Positions 1 to 11,770 of a stretch of DNA of 64,000 nt are shown one piece after another (within the stretch, counting starts at the first letter, position 1; each line of letters starts with the position of its first letter). Both the position numbers and the translations under genes were made by a program. Location of the stretch: NCBI GenBank assembly GCA_001949185.1, contig BDGG01000001.1:7824149-7888148 (forward strand), written 5' to 3'. Below the pieces are notes generated by a model. The model ran no database searches. It worked only from the letters and a program-made list of their open reading frames with translations, and was not told where the DNA came from. Source of the stretch: Ramazzottius varieornatus (taxonomy: Eukaryota > Animalia > Tardigrada).

Positions 1-497
1 GCGGGATGATCAACAGCTGATCTTAACTCTCTAAAACGGTCAAGTTGACCCACCTTGCGAACTAAGAACTATGGCCGTGAAAGAATCCATAAAAAATGTT
101 GGATGGGATGGCCAGGAGGCTAAAAGTACCACCCATCGGTAGATGAAACAGAGCTTACCACATTAACGTTGAATGAATATCCGCACCCACGACGACGCCA
201 CTTTGTTGTTCAAGCGTGTTAGGATTCTAATTTGGGATTGCTGGTTAAGTCTATAGCAAATCTGCTGTACGGTTTTGTGGCTGGGTAACAATTAAACGTA
301 TAGCCAAGCTATACATTGTATAAAAATTACAAAATCCATCTCAGTAAGTGATCACCCGACTGAAGACAACAATTGAATTGTGGATGTACTGGGGATAACA
401 GCAGAGAGGCATTTCGTACGCTGTAGATCAACATGGCTTCAAATCGAAACGTCACAAGGGAGCTTGCTATCACCGAAGTTTACTACCTGTATCAGTA

Positions 498-697
498 CAC
501 GCACGACGGGAAATTACGGGGCCAGTAAAAATTATGGTACAGGCCTTTTCGCTACGGCGGTACGGAAGCACGTACGTACGCGACTGATTCACAGGAATAC
601 ACCTTTGGACACTTTTCTACGTTTGAATTTGAGTTTTGCCGTCTTTTCCGCCTGGTCCCATAATTTGTACTGGCCCCATAGTTTCCCGTCGTGCGTG
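498..697. mobile_element. 200-bp MITE with ~40-bp TIRs and TA flanks
   Basis: CACGCACGACGGGAAATTACGGGGCCAGTAAAAATTATGG (498-537) is an imperfect reverse complement of 658-697. TA is present on both sides (496-497, 698-699). No coding capacity. Confidence 0.8.
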
Positions 698-955
698 TAC
701 CGTAACTACGTGTAAACACTAGGAGTGAGTTGATTAGCAAGGCAGAAGGTCTAAGTTCAGCGTCGACCTGCTCCATGTTCAACTGGGCGCTGCGTCTATG
801 TGTAATAATCTTCTCCAGCGTCGACTAGAGCAAGGCAAATAACGAGACATTCCACAGTACTGTAAATTCACTCCGTACTGTCGTTCTGAGCTAAACGGGC
901 CATTGAAAAACATGATGATGATAAACGGGCTACTAATCACAGCCCTTTGAAAAAG

Positions 956-1879
956 ATGATCGTTGCTGCTTACGTTCTTCCCCACGGAGGTCTAGCACTG
1001 GATCCATCCCACACGGAATTTACCAGTTCCACCGACCAACAGCTGGCGCAGTCGCTGCATGACAGCCTCATTCTGTCAAGTCAAGATGTTGCTGAGCAAA
1101 ACCCCGACATTATCTTTCTCAGCACACCTCACGGCTTCCTCGACGTGGACCGCTTCCTCGTCTACCTCAATCACAAAGCAGCCGGCCTCGCCTCTCCTGA
1201 TAACTGCAAAGACGCTAAGAATGGTTCAGTTGATTTATCCATCACTCTGGCTGCAAAGGAAAGTTTGGACTTGGTCCAACACTTGAAAAAGAGCCATAAA
1301 GTTTCTGGGATTAGCGTTTTTGGTCCTCCGGCTGGTTCCAGCTCACCACAAATTCGCCTTTCGGCTGATCAATCATTCGATCAAACTGCCATGCCTCTTC
1401 GGTGGGGAGAGGTTATACCGTTGTATTTCATCCCCAAGATGCAAGACAGAAGAACTATTATCCTATCACATCCTAGTCGACGGTATGACCATCCGGAAAC
1501 TATGATACCCGAGCTTCTTCATTTGGGTCGCTCGCTGTTTCTTCAACTGGACCGTTTGAAAGAGCGAGTTGTCGTGATCATCTCGGCTGACCTAGCTCAT
1601 ACACACCAAAAGGATGGACCTTATGGATATTCGCCGTCAGCCCAGGCTTTTGATGATGCCATTGGAGAGTGGTTACAGACTTTGGAACCAGCACCTTTGT
1701 TAGAGACTGCGGCAACGTATGTGAACGAAGCCCTGTCGTGCGGATATACGGGTTTAGTGCTGCTGCATGGAATGCTGTCCGAAGATGGGCTAAGGACCTG
1801 GAAGCCAAATTTACTCATCAATGCTCATCCTACTTACTATGGCATGGCGATCGCTAGTATGAAACGATCTTTCAATTGA
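956..1879 (+). CDS. LigB-like (extradiol dioxygenase class III subunit B / MEMO fold) protein, TTE1956-like; intronless
   Basis: Uninterrupted ORF from ATG 956. Motifs VLPHGG, PDIIFLSTPHG, LRWGEVIPLYF, VVIISADLAHTH-x4-PYGYSP-x4-FD, SCGYTG and PTYYGM are typical of the LigB/MEMO/AmmeMemoRadiSam-B family. Confidence 0.8.
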   Translation: MIVAAYVLPHGGLALDPSHTEFTSSTDQQLAQSLHDSLILSSQDVAEQNPDIIFLSTPHGFLDVDRFLVYLNHKAAGLASPDNCKDAKNGSVDLSITLAAKESLDLVQHLKKSHKVSGISVFGPPAGSSSPQIRLSADQSFDQTAMPLRWGEVIPLYFIPKMQDRRTIILSHPSRRYDHPETMIPELLHLGRSLFLQLDRLKERVVVIISADLAHTHQKDGPYGYSPSAQAFDDAIGEWLQTLEPAPLLETAATYVNEALSCGYTGLVLLHGMLSEDGLRTWKPNLLINAHPTYYGMAIASMKRSFN

Positions 1880-2782
1880 TCACCTCCCGGCCGAACATCG
1901 CATTGCACTGATGAACTCTCCTTCTCAACGCGTACTCTAGACGTAGTGTCAATCTTTTCCATCCTTTCCGATCTTGATTTGTTGATTGGAGAGCACGAAA
2001 GTCACCTGGTCGTAAAGACCAAACATCAGTTTCCACAAAGATATTTGAAGTATCAAGCACGAAATAAGTACGATCTTTCCAATAAAGGTGGGGTGGATAG
2101 ATAAACATAAGGCGCAGTGAAGCTTGCATGGGCATGATGTATTCACAGTAGCTCACGTCAGGTTGCGTCCAAGCGGTGAGGTGGACGTAGTAGGTGCAGT
2201 ACATCCCAGCAAAAAAAGTGAATTCGCTGATGCGATAAGTTGACAAAGAAATTCCGGAAAGTTCTTACAGTCAGACTAGTACTCGAGTACGATGCCACGA
2301 ATGCTAGCAACTGATGCAGCAAAAACGACGGCAGTCACGGTCTCAGAATAGCGTGGATTGTCGTACCGAAATTTCAAAGGAAACAATCGACTGTAGGCCA
2401 ATGTGTATTCCTGGTGACACAGCCAGTGGTGCTGGAAGGAAACTTTGTCTTACCGGCGGAGCGGTTGAACTGGTCATCACTATGAAAAATCCGCTCGATG
2501 GATTTCTCACTTCCTCGTTATACAACAGTCGTTAACAGGTTGCCACTTTGGATCGCCGCTAAGCATACGTGACTGAGAAAGATCAAAAGAAGAAGACCCC
2601 TTACCGCTATAGGCCACAAGAACAAACAGATTCAAAGAAAAATATCGACGATCTCAAAAAGAGTAAACCATGATCATAACATCGCACAGATCGGCTTAAA
2701 AAAGGATACCGGCGACAGAGAAAAATAATTTACTCCATAAACAAACAGCTTCTTTTCGAGGAAAATTAAAGGAGGAACCAAA

Positions 2783-4194
2783 TTACAAAATTGCAATAGG
2801 ACGAATCAGGAACGGTCTTCGGCTAAAACCCTTGCCGGGTCTTCCAGGTTTTTTGTTTAGCTCTTTTGCCCAATGCTCCAAGTCTGCCAAATTCCAGGAG
2901 GCCGGATGCATGGGTATCTTCTTGTGAGGATCCTTTGGCACCATCGCTTTTTCTTGCAAAATGGCGTTCTGTTCTTCATACGCTACAAACAAAATACCTC
3001 TCAGCTAAAACGTTCATGAAAGATACAATACTTCGGGTAGTTCAGTGCTTACCGTCACTACAAAAGCTTGCTGTACATCCGTAGTGAGCCGATAACCCCT
3101 GACAATCGCCCTTACTTAAACGCGGAAGATTTCCGATGAAGGACCCAGGGTTGATCAGATGATAGGCCACAGTCCCAGGAATAGCAAATCGGTCCATAGA
3201 GTACATTGTGATGGACTGGTAATCGAACTGGAAGTTTTGGTATTCTACTTCTGATGGCTGGTATTTCCGGTACAGATCAGCATTTCGAAATTCTGGAAGG
3301 TGGTAGATGTTGATACTCATTGAACTGGTGTTGTACGGATGATCGTACGGATGATCGGCAAACTCGACAGTAGTAACCTTTCAAGTGGCGCACGTTTCCG
3401 GGATGGTAAACCGAAAGCGTGCGCCACTTGGAAAAAACGGTCCTGTGGAGCTTGTTTTTCTTAGGTTTGTTCAGCTTACCTGCTCGGAAGTTTTGTGGTT
3501 GTACCAAGATGAAGTTATCCCGATCTGGTCTAGAGAACTCGTTCCGAAGACCCAATACGTTGGCAAGGATCTTCATGATGTCGCGCTTGTTATCCATACA
3601 TCCGCCGGGTCCCGAGAACATGACCAGCGACTGTCCACGACCGTTCTTGGTAAGGTCTCTTCCGGGTGCGGTGAAGCACGTCACTTGATCGGCCCTGCAT
3701 TTTATCAAACGTTCCTTCCAAACGATTTAAGATGCAACACCAAGAAGAATTTTAAGGTGCTTACTTTGGTAACGTCACATCACTTGGAGCGATGTTGATA
3801 AAATCCTCGCCCTTGTCGGCTTGAGTATCGAATTCCGTGAAGCGGATGCAGTTGCTGACATCCGTTTGGATCTGAGTCATGGCTTCTCGAATGGACGTTC
3901 TTTGGAACGGGGCTACAACAAAAAAACTTTAAGGTACTTCCAAGTGCAAGCGAGAGTGAGGCAAATAAACCTACTGTAGCCATTTCCGATCTTGTAAAGT
4001 ATCCTACTAGATGGCCACCGTCCATATGACTTATCCCGGTTCAGAGCGGACCGCGGTTCTATCAATGTTGTGTTGGTAGAATTTCCATGTTCGTCGGCAA
4101 ACTTCGTGAAAAGCGTACCGTTGCAGCTTAGAACAGATATTGTAAGAAGAATTAGAACCAAACATGGAACGAGCATCTTTGCTCGTAAAATCAT
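2783..4194 (-). CDS. Secreted astacin (M12A)-like protein, predicted catalytically inactive; 5 coding exons
   Basis: Signal peptide MLVPCLVLILLTISVLSC. Astacin landmarks: RWPSSRILYKI, IREAMTQIQTDVSNCIRF, CFTAPGR, GGCM, KILANVLGLRNEFSRPDRDNFI (aligns to HExxHxxGxxHEqsRPDRD), FDYQSITMY and LSKGDCQGLSAHYGC. GT-AG introns join in consistent phase with no stop codon until 2783. Confidence 0.85.
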
Positions 4195-4557
4195 CTTTGA
4201 CACGGAAACAGATCACGGTGCGAAGACACGACGGTAGTCTTTTATGGGCCTAGCTAGGATTTCGGCAAGAAGCCACTGTCTTTCCGAGACCGTCGGACTG
4301 TCGAACAGGAAAGATGCGTTATCGGATCACAATTGTGATCATTTTATTTTTGCTCTCATAATTCATTTTCGAGACTATAAAAAAGATGCTTCGCGTAATC
4401 TATAAACAAAGCGGACCGTAAAGTCGGATTAGCAATAATGTACATGCAACAAAAAGAGAAAGAGTACATGGTGTACGTGCACCGTCTGTGTTAGAAAAAA
4501 GGTGGCCGAAGAGTGAACATCAAGTTACCGCTTTGGGACCTCAAGTCATTGGCAGTC

Positions 4558-6590
4558 TTAGGTATCGAGCCTCTTCGGACGACCGCGATTACGTCGATGG
4601 GCATTAGGTGCGTCCGAGTTAGCGCTATCGATGGTTGCCACTGATGGCGACGGACTACTGGGCGTTTCTGACTGTAAATCTTGACTAAACAGCCTCAGCT
4701 TGGGTATCTTCAGCTTGATTGGTTGCTGAGGCTCTCTTGACGTACCAGCGACGGATCCATCACTCGAACCTACAAAAAGCATCCGTCACTATAATCTTAC
4801 GATTGCTGGAAAACAAGCATCGACAAGCTTGTTTCCCTAAGTGGTGCACATTCTCGGTGTTATTGGCTAGAAGTGTCCGCCACTTGAAAAGGCGACCTTA
4901 TCGAGTTGCATTGTTTTCTTCAAGTTGCGCATGGCTATAGCCTATAACGCTGGAAGAGTACGCCACTTGAAGAAGATAATCAAACTCGGTAAGGTCGCTT
5001 TTCCAGATAGCGCACGCTTCTAGCCAATGAAACTAAGAATGAACGCCGCTTGGGAGACAATCTTGTCGAGCTCGTTTGCCTAGGTGCGAGTTATTTGACG
5101 GCGATTATTTTCTTTACTTTGACTGTGGCCAGGAAATGTGCTCAAATTCGAAGGTGGTCCTTTGTTGCTCAACAGTGTTCTCAACCTGTTTCCCTCCATA
5201 GGTTTTTCCAACGGCTTCGAACTGGACGATCCCGGCGCCTTCGGCATCTTGACTGTGTGCGAGAGCTTGCCGGAACTTGTGCCCATCTTGCCGAGTTCTT
5301 TGGGTCTTCTTATCATGACGCTCTTCTTGACGCCCATAATTCCAGAAGCGTATTTCGGACTGTCGGTGTAGGTAGTTCCTTTGTTCGTTGGTGTGCGGTA
5401 GGCGAAGGACTCTGACGGACTGTCCATCCTCCCCTCGTCGTATGAGTAACCCATTTGGCGACGTTGCTGGATCTTCTGTAGTCGCTTCTGCTTCTCCATG
5501 AGCTCTCGCTGACGCTTCTTTTTCTTCAACTCGAGTCTTCTATTCTTTGAAAGTCGGTCTGCAGGAAAGAACGATAAGATAAGACGGAACAACACCTGTT
5601 TTGGTCAGGAAAGGTGGTTATCGCTGATATGCCAATGACTAGCGCATGACGACACAGTAACGCCACGCCAATAGGCATCAACGGCAAGATAAGTCGAGCT
5701 GAAGCGATGACGTCATGCGCATTCACTAACGGAAAATCAGAAATTCTGATTATTTGGTTTGCTTACTTGCGCCGGCGGACGAAGACATAACAGAGGACGA
5801 TGAGAATATCCGGTCGCTATCTTTGACTTTTCTTCTCGTCGCCAATCTTCCCTGAAGAGCAGCAGCTGCTTGGGTTCTTTCCGTTCCCGTTGTGACGGCT
5901 GAAGGATTGGTGACGTCCCAGCCGTACACGACGTTACCCAGCCCGAAATCTGCCATCAAGTATTTCTGTTCTTGCTCCCTTATTACCTTCTCTTTGTTCC
6001 GAAGCTCCAGCCTCAAAGCTTGTTTCATTTCAGCGAGGTCGACCAGCTTACAAAATGCGTCTTGTTGTTCGCGCGTGAAGGTATGATAGTTGGAAGGAAG
6101 AACGGTGAGCTTCCTGCCATAACAATCAACAATTAAAATGAACAAAATAAATTGTCAAGCAAATCGATCCATGACGTACAGGAGCCATATCGGTAAATGT
6201 AAACTGGTCAGAAAAAATCTAGGTCATGTCTGACGTCATTTACGTGCCGATACCAAAATTGTGAAATCAGTTTGCTTGCCTGTGAATGTTGTCGATAGTG
6301 GTGGGATTGTTTCGCGAGGCGAGCGCCGTGGCGAAGGTGCCTTCTCCTGCCAGAAGTGGAAGGGAGATGTCGACGTCTTTTAGAAAGTGGATTTGTTGGG
6401 CAGCGAGCTTCGGATGGTCCATCGCGGAGGGCGTTAGAAGTTGCACTAAGTCAGTCGCTCCACTGGTCGAAGTCGTCGAAAGTGACAGAGGATGGTCATG
6501 ACTAAGTCCTGATGTGTGAGAAGGTGAGTTGTCGAAACCAGTCGTAGCGATGTTCCGCAGGTTAGCCTGAGGATTCCGATTGTCTGCCAT
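4558..6590 (-). CDS. Eaf6/MEAF6 (NuA4) domain protein with long disordered extensions and a C-terminal AT-hook-like RGRPK motif; multi-exon
   Basis: Exon ~6111-5768 encodes LVDLAEMKQALRLELRNKEKVIREQEQKYL..GNVVYGWD...RRKVKDSDRIFSSSSV, matching the NuA4/Eaf6 pattern (LE.QIY..E..YL..GNI..GWD...DR.FS.SS). Downstream exons ~5560-5118 and ~4769-4558 join in phase. The 5' splice structure (GC donor, 24-nt microexon) is less certain. Confidence 0.7.
4820..5069. mobile_element. Fold-back/MITE-like element in an intron of the Eaf6-like gene
   Basis: About 110-bp imperfect inverted arms: TCGACAAGCTTGTTTCCC...ATTGGCTAGAAG...GCGACCTTA...TTCTTCAAGT versus the reverse complement ending GGGAGACAATCTTGTCGA. 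Confidence 0.75.
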
Positions 6591-7026
6591 CCTATGATTT
6601 TCGAGGGCAGAACGGTCAAGACTCACGAAAGATTTAGGAAAGATTTTACCAAAAATGGATGGAAAATAAAATCAAGCTGAAACGGGTCTCCCTAGAGTTT
6701 GCGTAGAATCGATCGACAAAAACAGGCTACTGAACCCGCCTCTAAACCTGGTGACTAAATTTCTGAATGGTTAGACCCGCCTGGGCGTGAGCAACCTGAC
6801 AAATCAGTTATCACATTTTAGCAACGAAAGTCTAATCGCAAAGTCTCGAACAAACCATGTTTACGTTCGTCGGTTACTTCCATGCGTTGGCTTGTTTTTC
6901 TCCCGAAGATATCGATTGATAGTTGCCTCTGAATCACTCGATTCCCCTTGTTTTCTGGGTTCGGACAATTTCAGGCTTTAGTCACTTGCTGAAAGGTTGT
7001 TCCCGATTCACTTCGAAGCCTGCAGA

Positions 7027-8169
7027 ATGGATCATCAGATGCTGAATGATAGCTTGAAGGATGTGGGACACTCGCACGGACAGTTCCGTGGAATACTGGA
7101 GTCAGTCATTCCCATACGCTGCGTGGAAGAGTACATGGACAAACTCAACTTCTTTGATCGTAAGATACACTAGCTCCATCAGAGTCATTCGTTTAAAATC
7201 GCAGGTTGAATACGTGTTTGTTATTCGCAGCGGAATGCTTCAAGATCGTCCTCAGCAAAGGACTCGGATATGGCATCGTCTTCGGGTCTTCCATAGGTAA
7301 GCTTAGTTTATTCAGCTTTGTTTGTTCGCGGATGCAGTCCCCATATGGCTTACTAGATGTTTTTGTCTTACAGTCAAAGTTCCGCAGATCCTGAAGCTGT
7401 ATGGATCCAAGAGTGGCGCGGGTATTAGCCTTCCCAGCCTCTACTTGGAACTGTTCGCCATCATCACTACCCTGGCATACAGCCTCTTTTACGAATTCCC
7501 CTTCAGGTAAGTGCAAAAATTGGTTGTAATAAAAAAAGATACTGTCCCTTTGTGGTTCGGGGTGTTTGAAAGACGGATATGGGTATTATTTTTTGACTTC
7601 CGGTTGGGGATTATTCTGACTTTCGGTTGTTCTTTGTATAGTGCCTGGGGTGAAAGCTTCTTTCTCCTCATCGAGACCGCAATCATTGTCATGATGGTGC
7701 AGGTCTATCGCCGAAACACGATGCACGCCATGACGTTCCTGGTCGTCCAACTGTCAATCATCGGGCTGATTATGTCAGGACTCATTCCGGAAAAGGTGCT
7801 GAAGGTCCTACAGGCGTCTCAAATGGTCGTCGTTCTGATGAGCAAGGTACCTCGATGCTCTCTTCGAACAATGTTTGTGGATCGTTGTACAGTTTCTCGC
7901 GTTTCTTGTAGCTCATCCAAATTGTGGAGAACCAGAAGAACAGAAGCACAGGCCAGCTGTCGCTGATCATGATGGTACTGTTGACAGCCGGAAGTGTAGC
8001 CCGAATATTCACATCGATCCAAGAGACTGGGGACGCCTTGGTGGTCCTGACCTACGTGGCTTCCAGCTTGGCCAACGGAGTCATACTGGGACAGATCCTG
8101 TACTACGGAGACAGATCTGCTGCTGGACAGGCTCGAGTTAATGCGGCAAGCGAGCGGAAACGACAGTAA
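7027..8169 (+). CDS. MPDU1: Mannose-P-dolichol utilization defect 1 protein (PQ-loop), 5 coding exons
   Basis: Spliced product contains CFKIVLSKGLGYGIVFGSSI|VKVPQILKLYGSKSGAGIS, YEFPF|SAWGESFFL and NRSTGQLS..AGSVARIFTSIQETGD..NGVILGQILYY, all characteristic of MPDU1. Confidence 0.93.
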
Positions 8170-8622
8170 ATTTGATCTTGAGGCTAGACTGATCTTCCTT
8201 TCTCTTCCGTGTTCGATTTCCTTTTACTCCGTATGTTTTGTTAGATGTTCTCCTAATGTGAGCGATTCAAAGTTTCTGGTGCTCTGTCAGTATGAGGAAT
8301 TAAGGAGTACTAGAGGGTCCGTGGGAACACGAAAACAGGGGAAGCCAATATTGACCCATTACTGGGTTGCGTTGTTTTGCTGTCCGAGTACCGAGTGTCA
8401 CCATGATCGGGACTAGAGTCCTAATATACGCTGGCAACGTAACATTAGACAAAAAGTTAAAATCGGGAAGAGAGTCATAAAATTGCTAACACAGGAAGGG
8501 GCCAAAACAGCTTTAGCACGAGTTCGTGAAACGGCAACACCAAAAACAGCAACGAAGGACTACACAATGCTACACCTTGTTCACCAATCAACTTGGTCAT
8601 AACAATGCCCATCCACCTCAAA

Positions 8623-11600
8623 TCAAAAATCTTTATTACAAAGGCGATATTCTGTACTCAAAAAGTGAGGAGCTAAGCGGTAACAAAAAACAAATAACTA
8701 TACATGGACTGACTTCCCCTTCTTCACATCTAAAACGTAAAACAGTTCATCAAGACCCTACGGTGGAGAGTATGGATTAAGAATTTTCACGCTTGATATC
8801 TATCGACACTCTCTGCTTGAAGAAAGAAAAGAATCTAGATTCACCCGATACTTCTGTCATCTTTCTTCCAATCGCCTCAAACAGCTCCGTCACACCAGGT
8901 CCCCATGGTCCGAGGGTCCCCAGACCAACACGGCAGAACTGAAACTGTCTTCTGATGTCCTGGTATTTGTTGATCTTTCTTCTTTCGGCAGCATCAGTAG
9001 CTAATCCGGCTTTGACCATTGACATGGCAAAGTTGGTGAGCGCCAGGGTATTGACCACCGTGACGTCCCACACTGACTCCTTACCATTCTTCCAAGGAAC
9101 TTGCGTCATACCGTCTGAGCGCCTCTTATCCTTCCTGAAGATCCTCGGAGGTTCAAGGATGGCTGGAATCTGGGCTGATGTTAGAGCACGCTTGAGTGAC
9201 TCGTACAGCGCGCTGTGTCTGCTGAAACCGCCGCCGCTAAACTCGCAGCTCAACCCGGGCTGGCCATACTCGTCCACATTGGCACCACATCGACATGTAT
9301 GAGAGCGACACAGCTTGGCACCTAGACGCAAACCAACGCTGATCCGGAGAGCATTGTTGTCGAGCAGATTACCCATAAAGGAGAAACGAAGCGCGTGGAG
9401 CCAGGAACCTGCATTCTTATCTGAAACGGCAAGTAGTCTCGCTTTATCGTTATCCAAAGCGGTACTTACAAGGTTTTTCGCGGATATCTTTGAGAAGAGG
9501 CGTATCCCAGGCTTTCTGTTGGCGGCGTAGATCTGGAAGAGGAGGTTCAGCTGTGGTGAGGAGACTCCACTTGGCAACGGCGAGCTTGGCTTCGCTGTCC
9601 AAATCGGCTTAGGGAAGGATGTCGAGCACCAGTTGGTGTACGGAATGGATCAATGCCCAGAAGGCAGGAAGCGTGATCTCTTCTGTACGACGGATGCCTA
9701 ATCCACCCAGATTGACCGGGAATGTTGCTTGTCGCCACGGACCGGAAGTCATCTCAACGTTCGTAATCTCCGCCAGACTTTCACGAACCACCTCGCCGAA
9801 CTCTTCCAGTACCCACGGGACCTTTCCGACGGGAGAGCACCGAAGGATATAGAGCTTGGGTAGACAAAGGCAGGTCTTTAGGAGGAAGAGGGCCTTGGGG
9901 GCAAACAACAAGTGTAGCTTTGCTTGTACCAACGTGATCTTACTTGTTTTCGCGCGGATGGCTTCGTCCAGTCCCTCTTCCATCAGTGGTGCACCAAGCA
10001 GACTCGGGTCATATCTGCAGGGGAGAAGGTTACCTGGGCAGGCGGTTGCCGCTGCTTCTTGGCTGGCTTGGCGTTCTTGGAGTGAACCACCGAACGCGAA
10101 GAGTTCACACTTGGATGGGTTCCACCACTACCTGCAAATCAGACAAGACACGACCAATCTCACCACCGATGGTACCATCGTCAAGATACCACACATTCAG
10201 TGGGGACTTTGAAGTCTTGGTGAGGCTCTCGATTACGAGGTAAAATAGAAGAGGCCCCAAATGATCGCCCTGTTGCACACCCCTTGCAGACTCCATAGAG
10301 TGCTGACCAAAGAGAAGCTTTGAGTGATGCCTGTAGGTCTGCCAGCCAAACCATAGTAGGCTGGCAAAACTTCCCTGACAAAACGGAGCAGAACGTCGCG
10401 GCGTGTCGTGCTGAAGGCGTTCCGAAAGTCAAGCTTGAGTAGGACTTGGCTATCGTTTTTGCCTTTTCCTAGGAAACTACGGACTGCGTGGACTGCTGCT
10501 TCAGCTCCCCCTCGCGTACAACAACAACCTGCTCAGGATGCACTCTTCCTTCCATCTCGCGACCCACTCTTCTGCCAACGATCTTGCCCGCCAGAGGTCG
10601 AAGGGTGTTTCCAACTGCAATGGGTCGTAAGCCGCCATCTTTCTTCTTCAGTCAGGTAAGTGATGCCCCATAAAGCACGTCGCAAACAGCGTCCGGAACT
10701 TTCCCGTAGAGCATCTGCGTGGTCAGTTCCGCCAGAGCTTCCGTCAGCGCCAGCGTTGCTCCGTCGGTGGGCCCGCTATCATGTCTTTAAGATGTGGCCT
10801 CAAACCATCAACGCCTCCAGCAGATCCGTTCGGGAAACTCTTCACAGCTGCGATGACTTCTTCCGTTGCCACCTCATCTGGTAGCGTTCCTTGGTTCGGC
10901 GGATCGGAAAACGAGCTGTTTGAACTTTCTGCCGCTTCATGCTTCTCGCTCAGGACTTCCGGGACTTGCGGCGTTGGAGCTGCCACAGAATCTTTCAAGG
11001 ACAGGACTCGCAACGCTCCACTGATGTCGCCATCGCTGATCTTCCCTTCCACCAACATCTTGATCACTTCGTCTGGGGGCTGTTCTTGCTTGGTTGCTTG
11101 GCTGCTTGTTTCCAGGCTCGGCATTCAGTTGCTGTGCCAAGAGGTTATCCTTGACAGCTGTTGTAAGGTTGCGTTTCTTGTTGTTCTGTTTTCCGGGCTG
11201 CTTCAAACCTGCAAAGCTAAAAGTCATCAGGTTGCGCTACGACGATTCGGACTTCTTCTCAGCGACGTCCTCTATTCTGGCTGTCCAGCTTGTTGCTGCT
11301 AGCATTCGGGCACCCTTCGCGATTCTGCGGAGGACTTTAGTTGAAGCCTTCAACTGCTGGAGGACTTCATGGAGAGGTCTCGACGCGAACAGCTGATCGG
11401 AAGTTGACGCGGCGGATTGACTTGAAATATTCACATTCTGTCTCGTCTTTCTTTCTTGATTGGTCAGACACGTCGACTTCCCAGTGTGTCTGCCCATGCC
11501 TCTGGCCGTGTAGAGCTCCCCGCACTCCACACATGGCACCTTAGACTCAGGCTAGGACATCTTGAATCGAGCTCAGCTTAAAATCAGACATCCGGGGGCA

Positions 11601-11770
11601 AGCGTGCCGTTCCTTGGAAGCCCGAAGCGGAGATGCCGACGGAATAGAGAAGGAAAGGCTGGGAGAAGAAAGGTACGGGGATTTGATTTTCGTTTTCCGA
11701 TGTTCGGCAGGTGTTCATACGGTTGATTCCTGATTGACTGGTTGACGTCACCAACAGCTGACGGGGAAAG
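8623..11770 (-). mobile_element. Degenerate CRE-like non-LTR retrotransposon (zinc finger, RT, restriction-like endonuclease)
   Basis: Frameshifted fragments: CVECGELYTARGMGRH (zinc finger), GSAGGVDGLRP, LDFRNAF, GVQQGDHLGP, WYLDDGTIGG, and RLE region CRCG..SC..RH..RRSDG..WDVTV..KINKY. AATAAA on the minus strand at ~8632-8637. Possible TSD TCCACCT(C/A)AAA at 8612-8622 and 11771-11781. Confidence 0.88.

Noticed and set aside
1872-2525. Minus-strand ORFs (124 aa and 60 aa) between the LigB-like and astacin-like genes
   Set aside because: No recognisable motif or coherent splice model.
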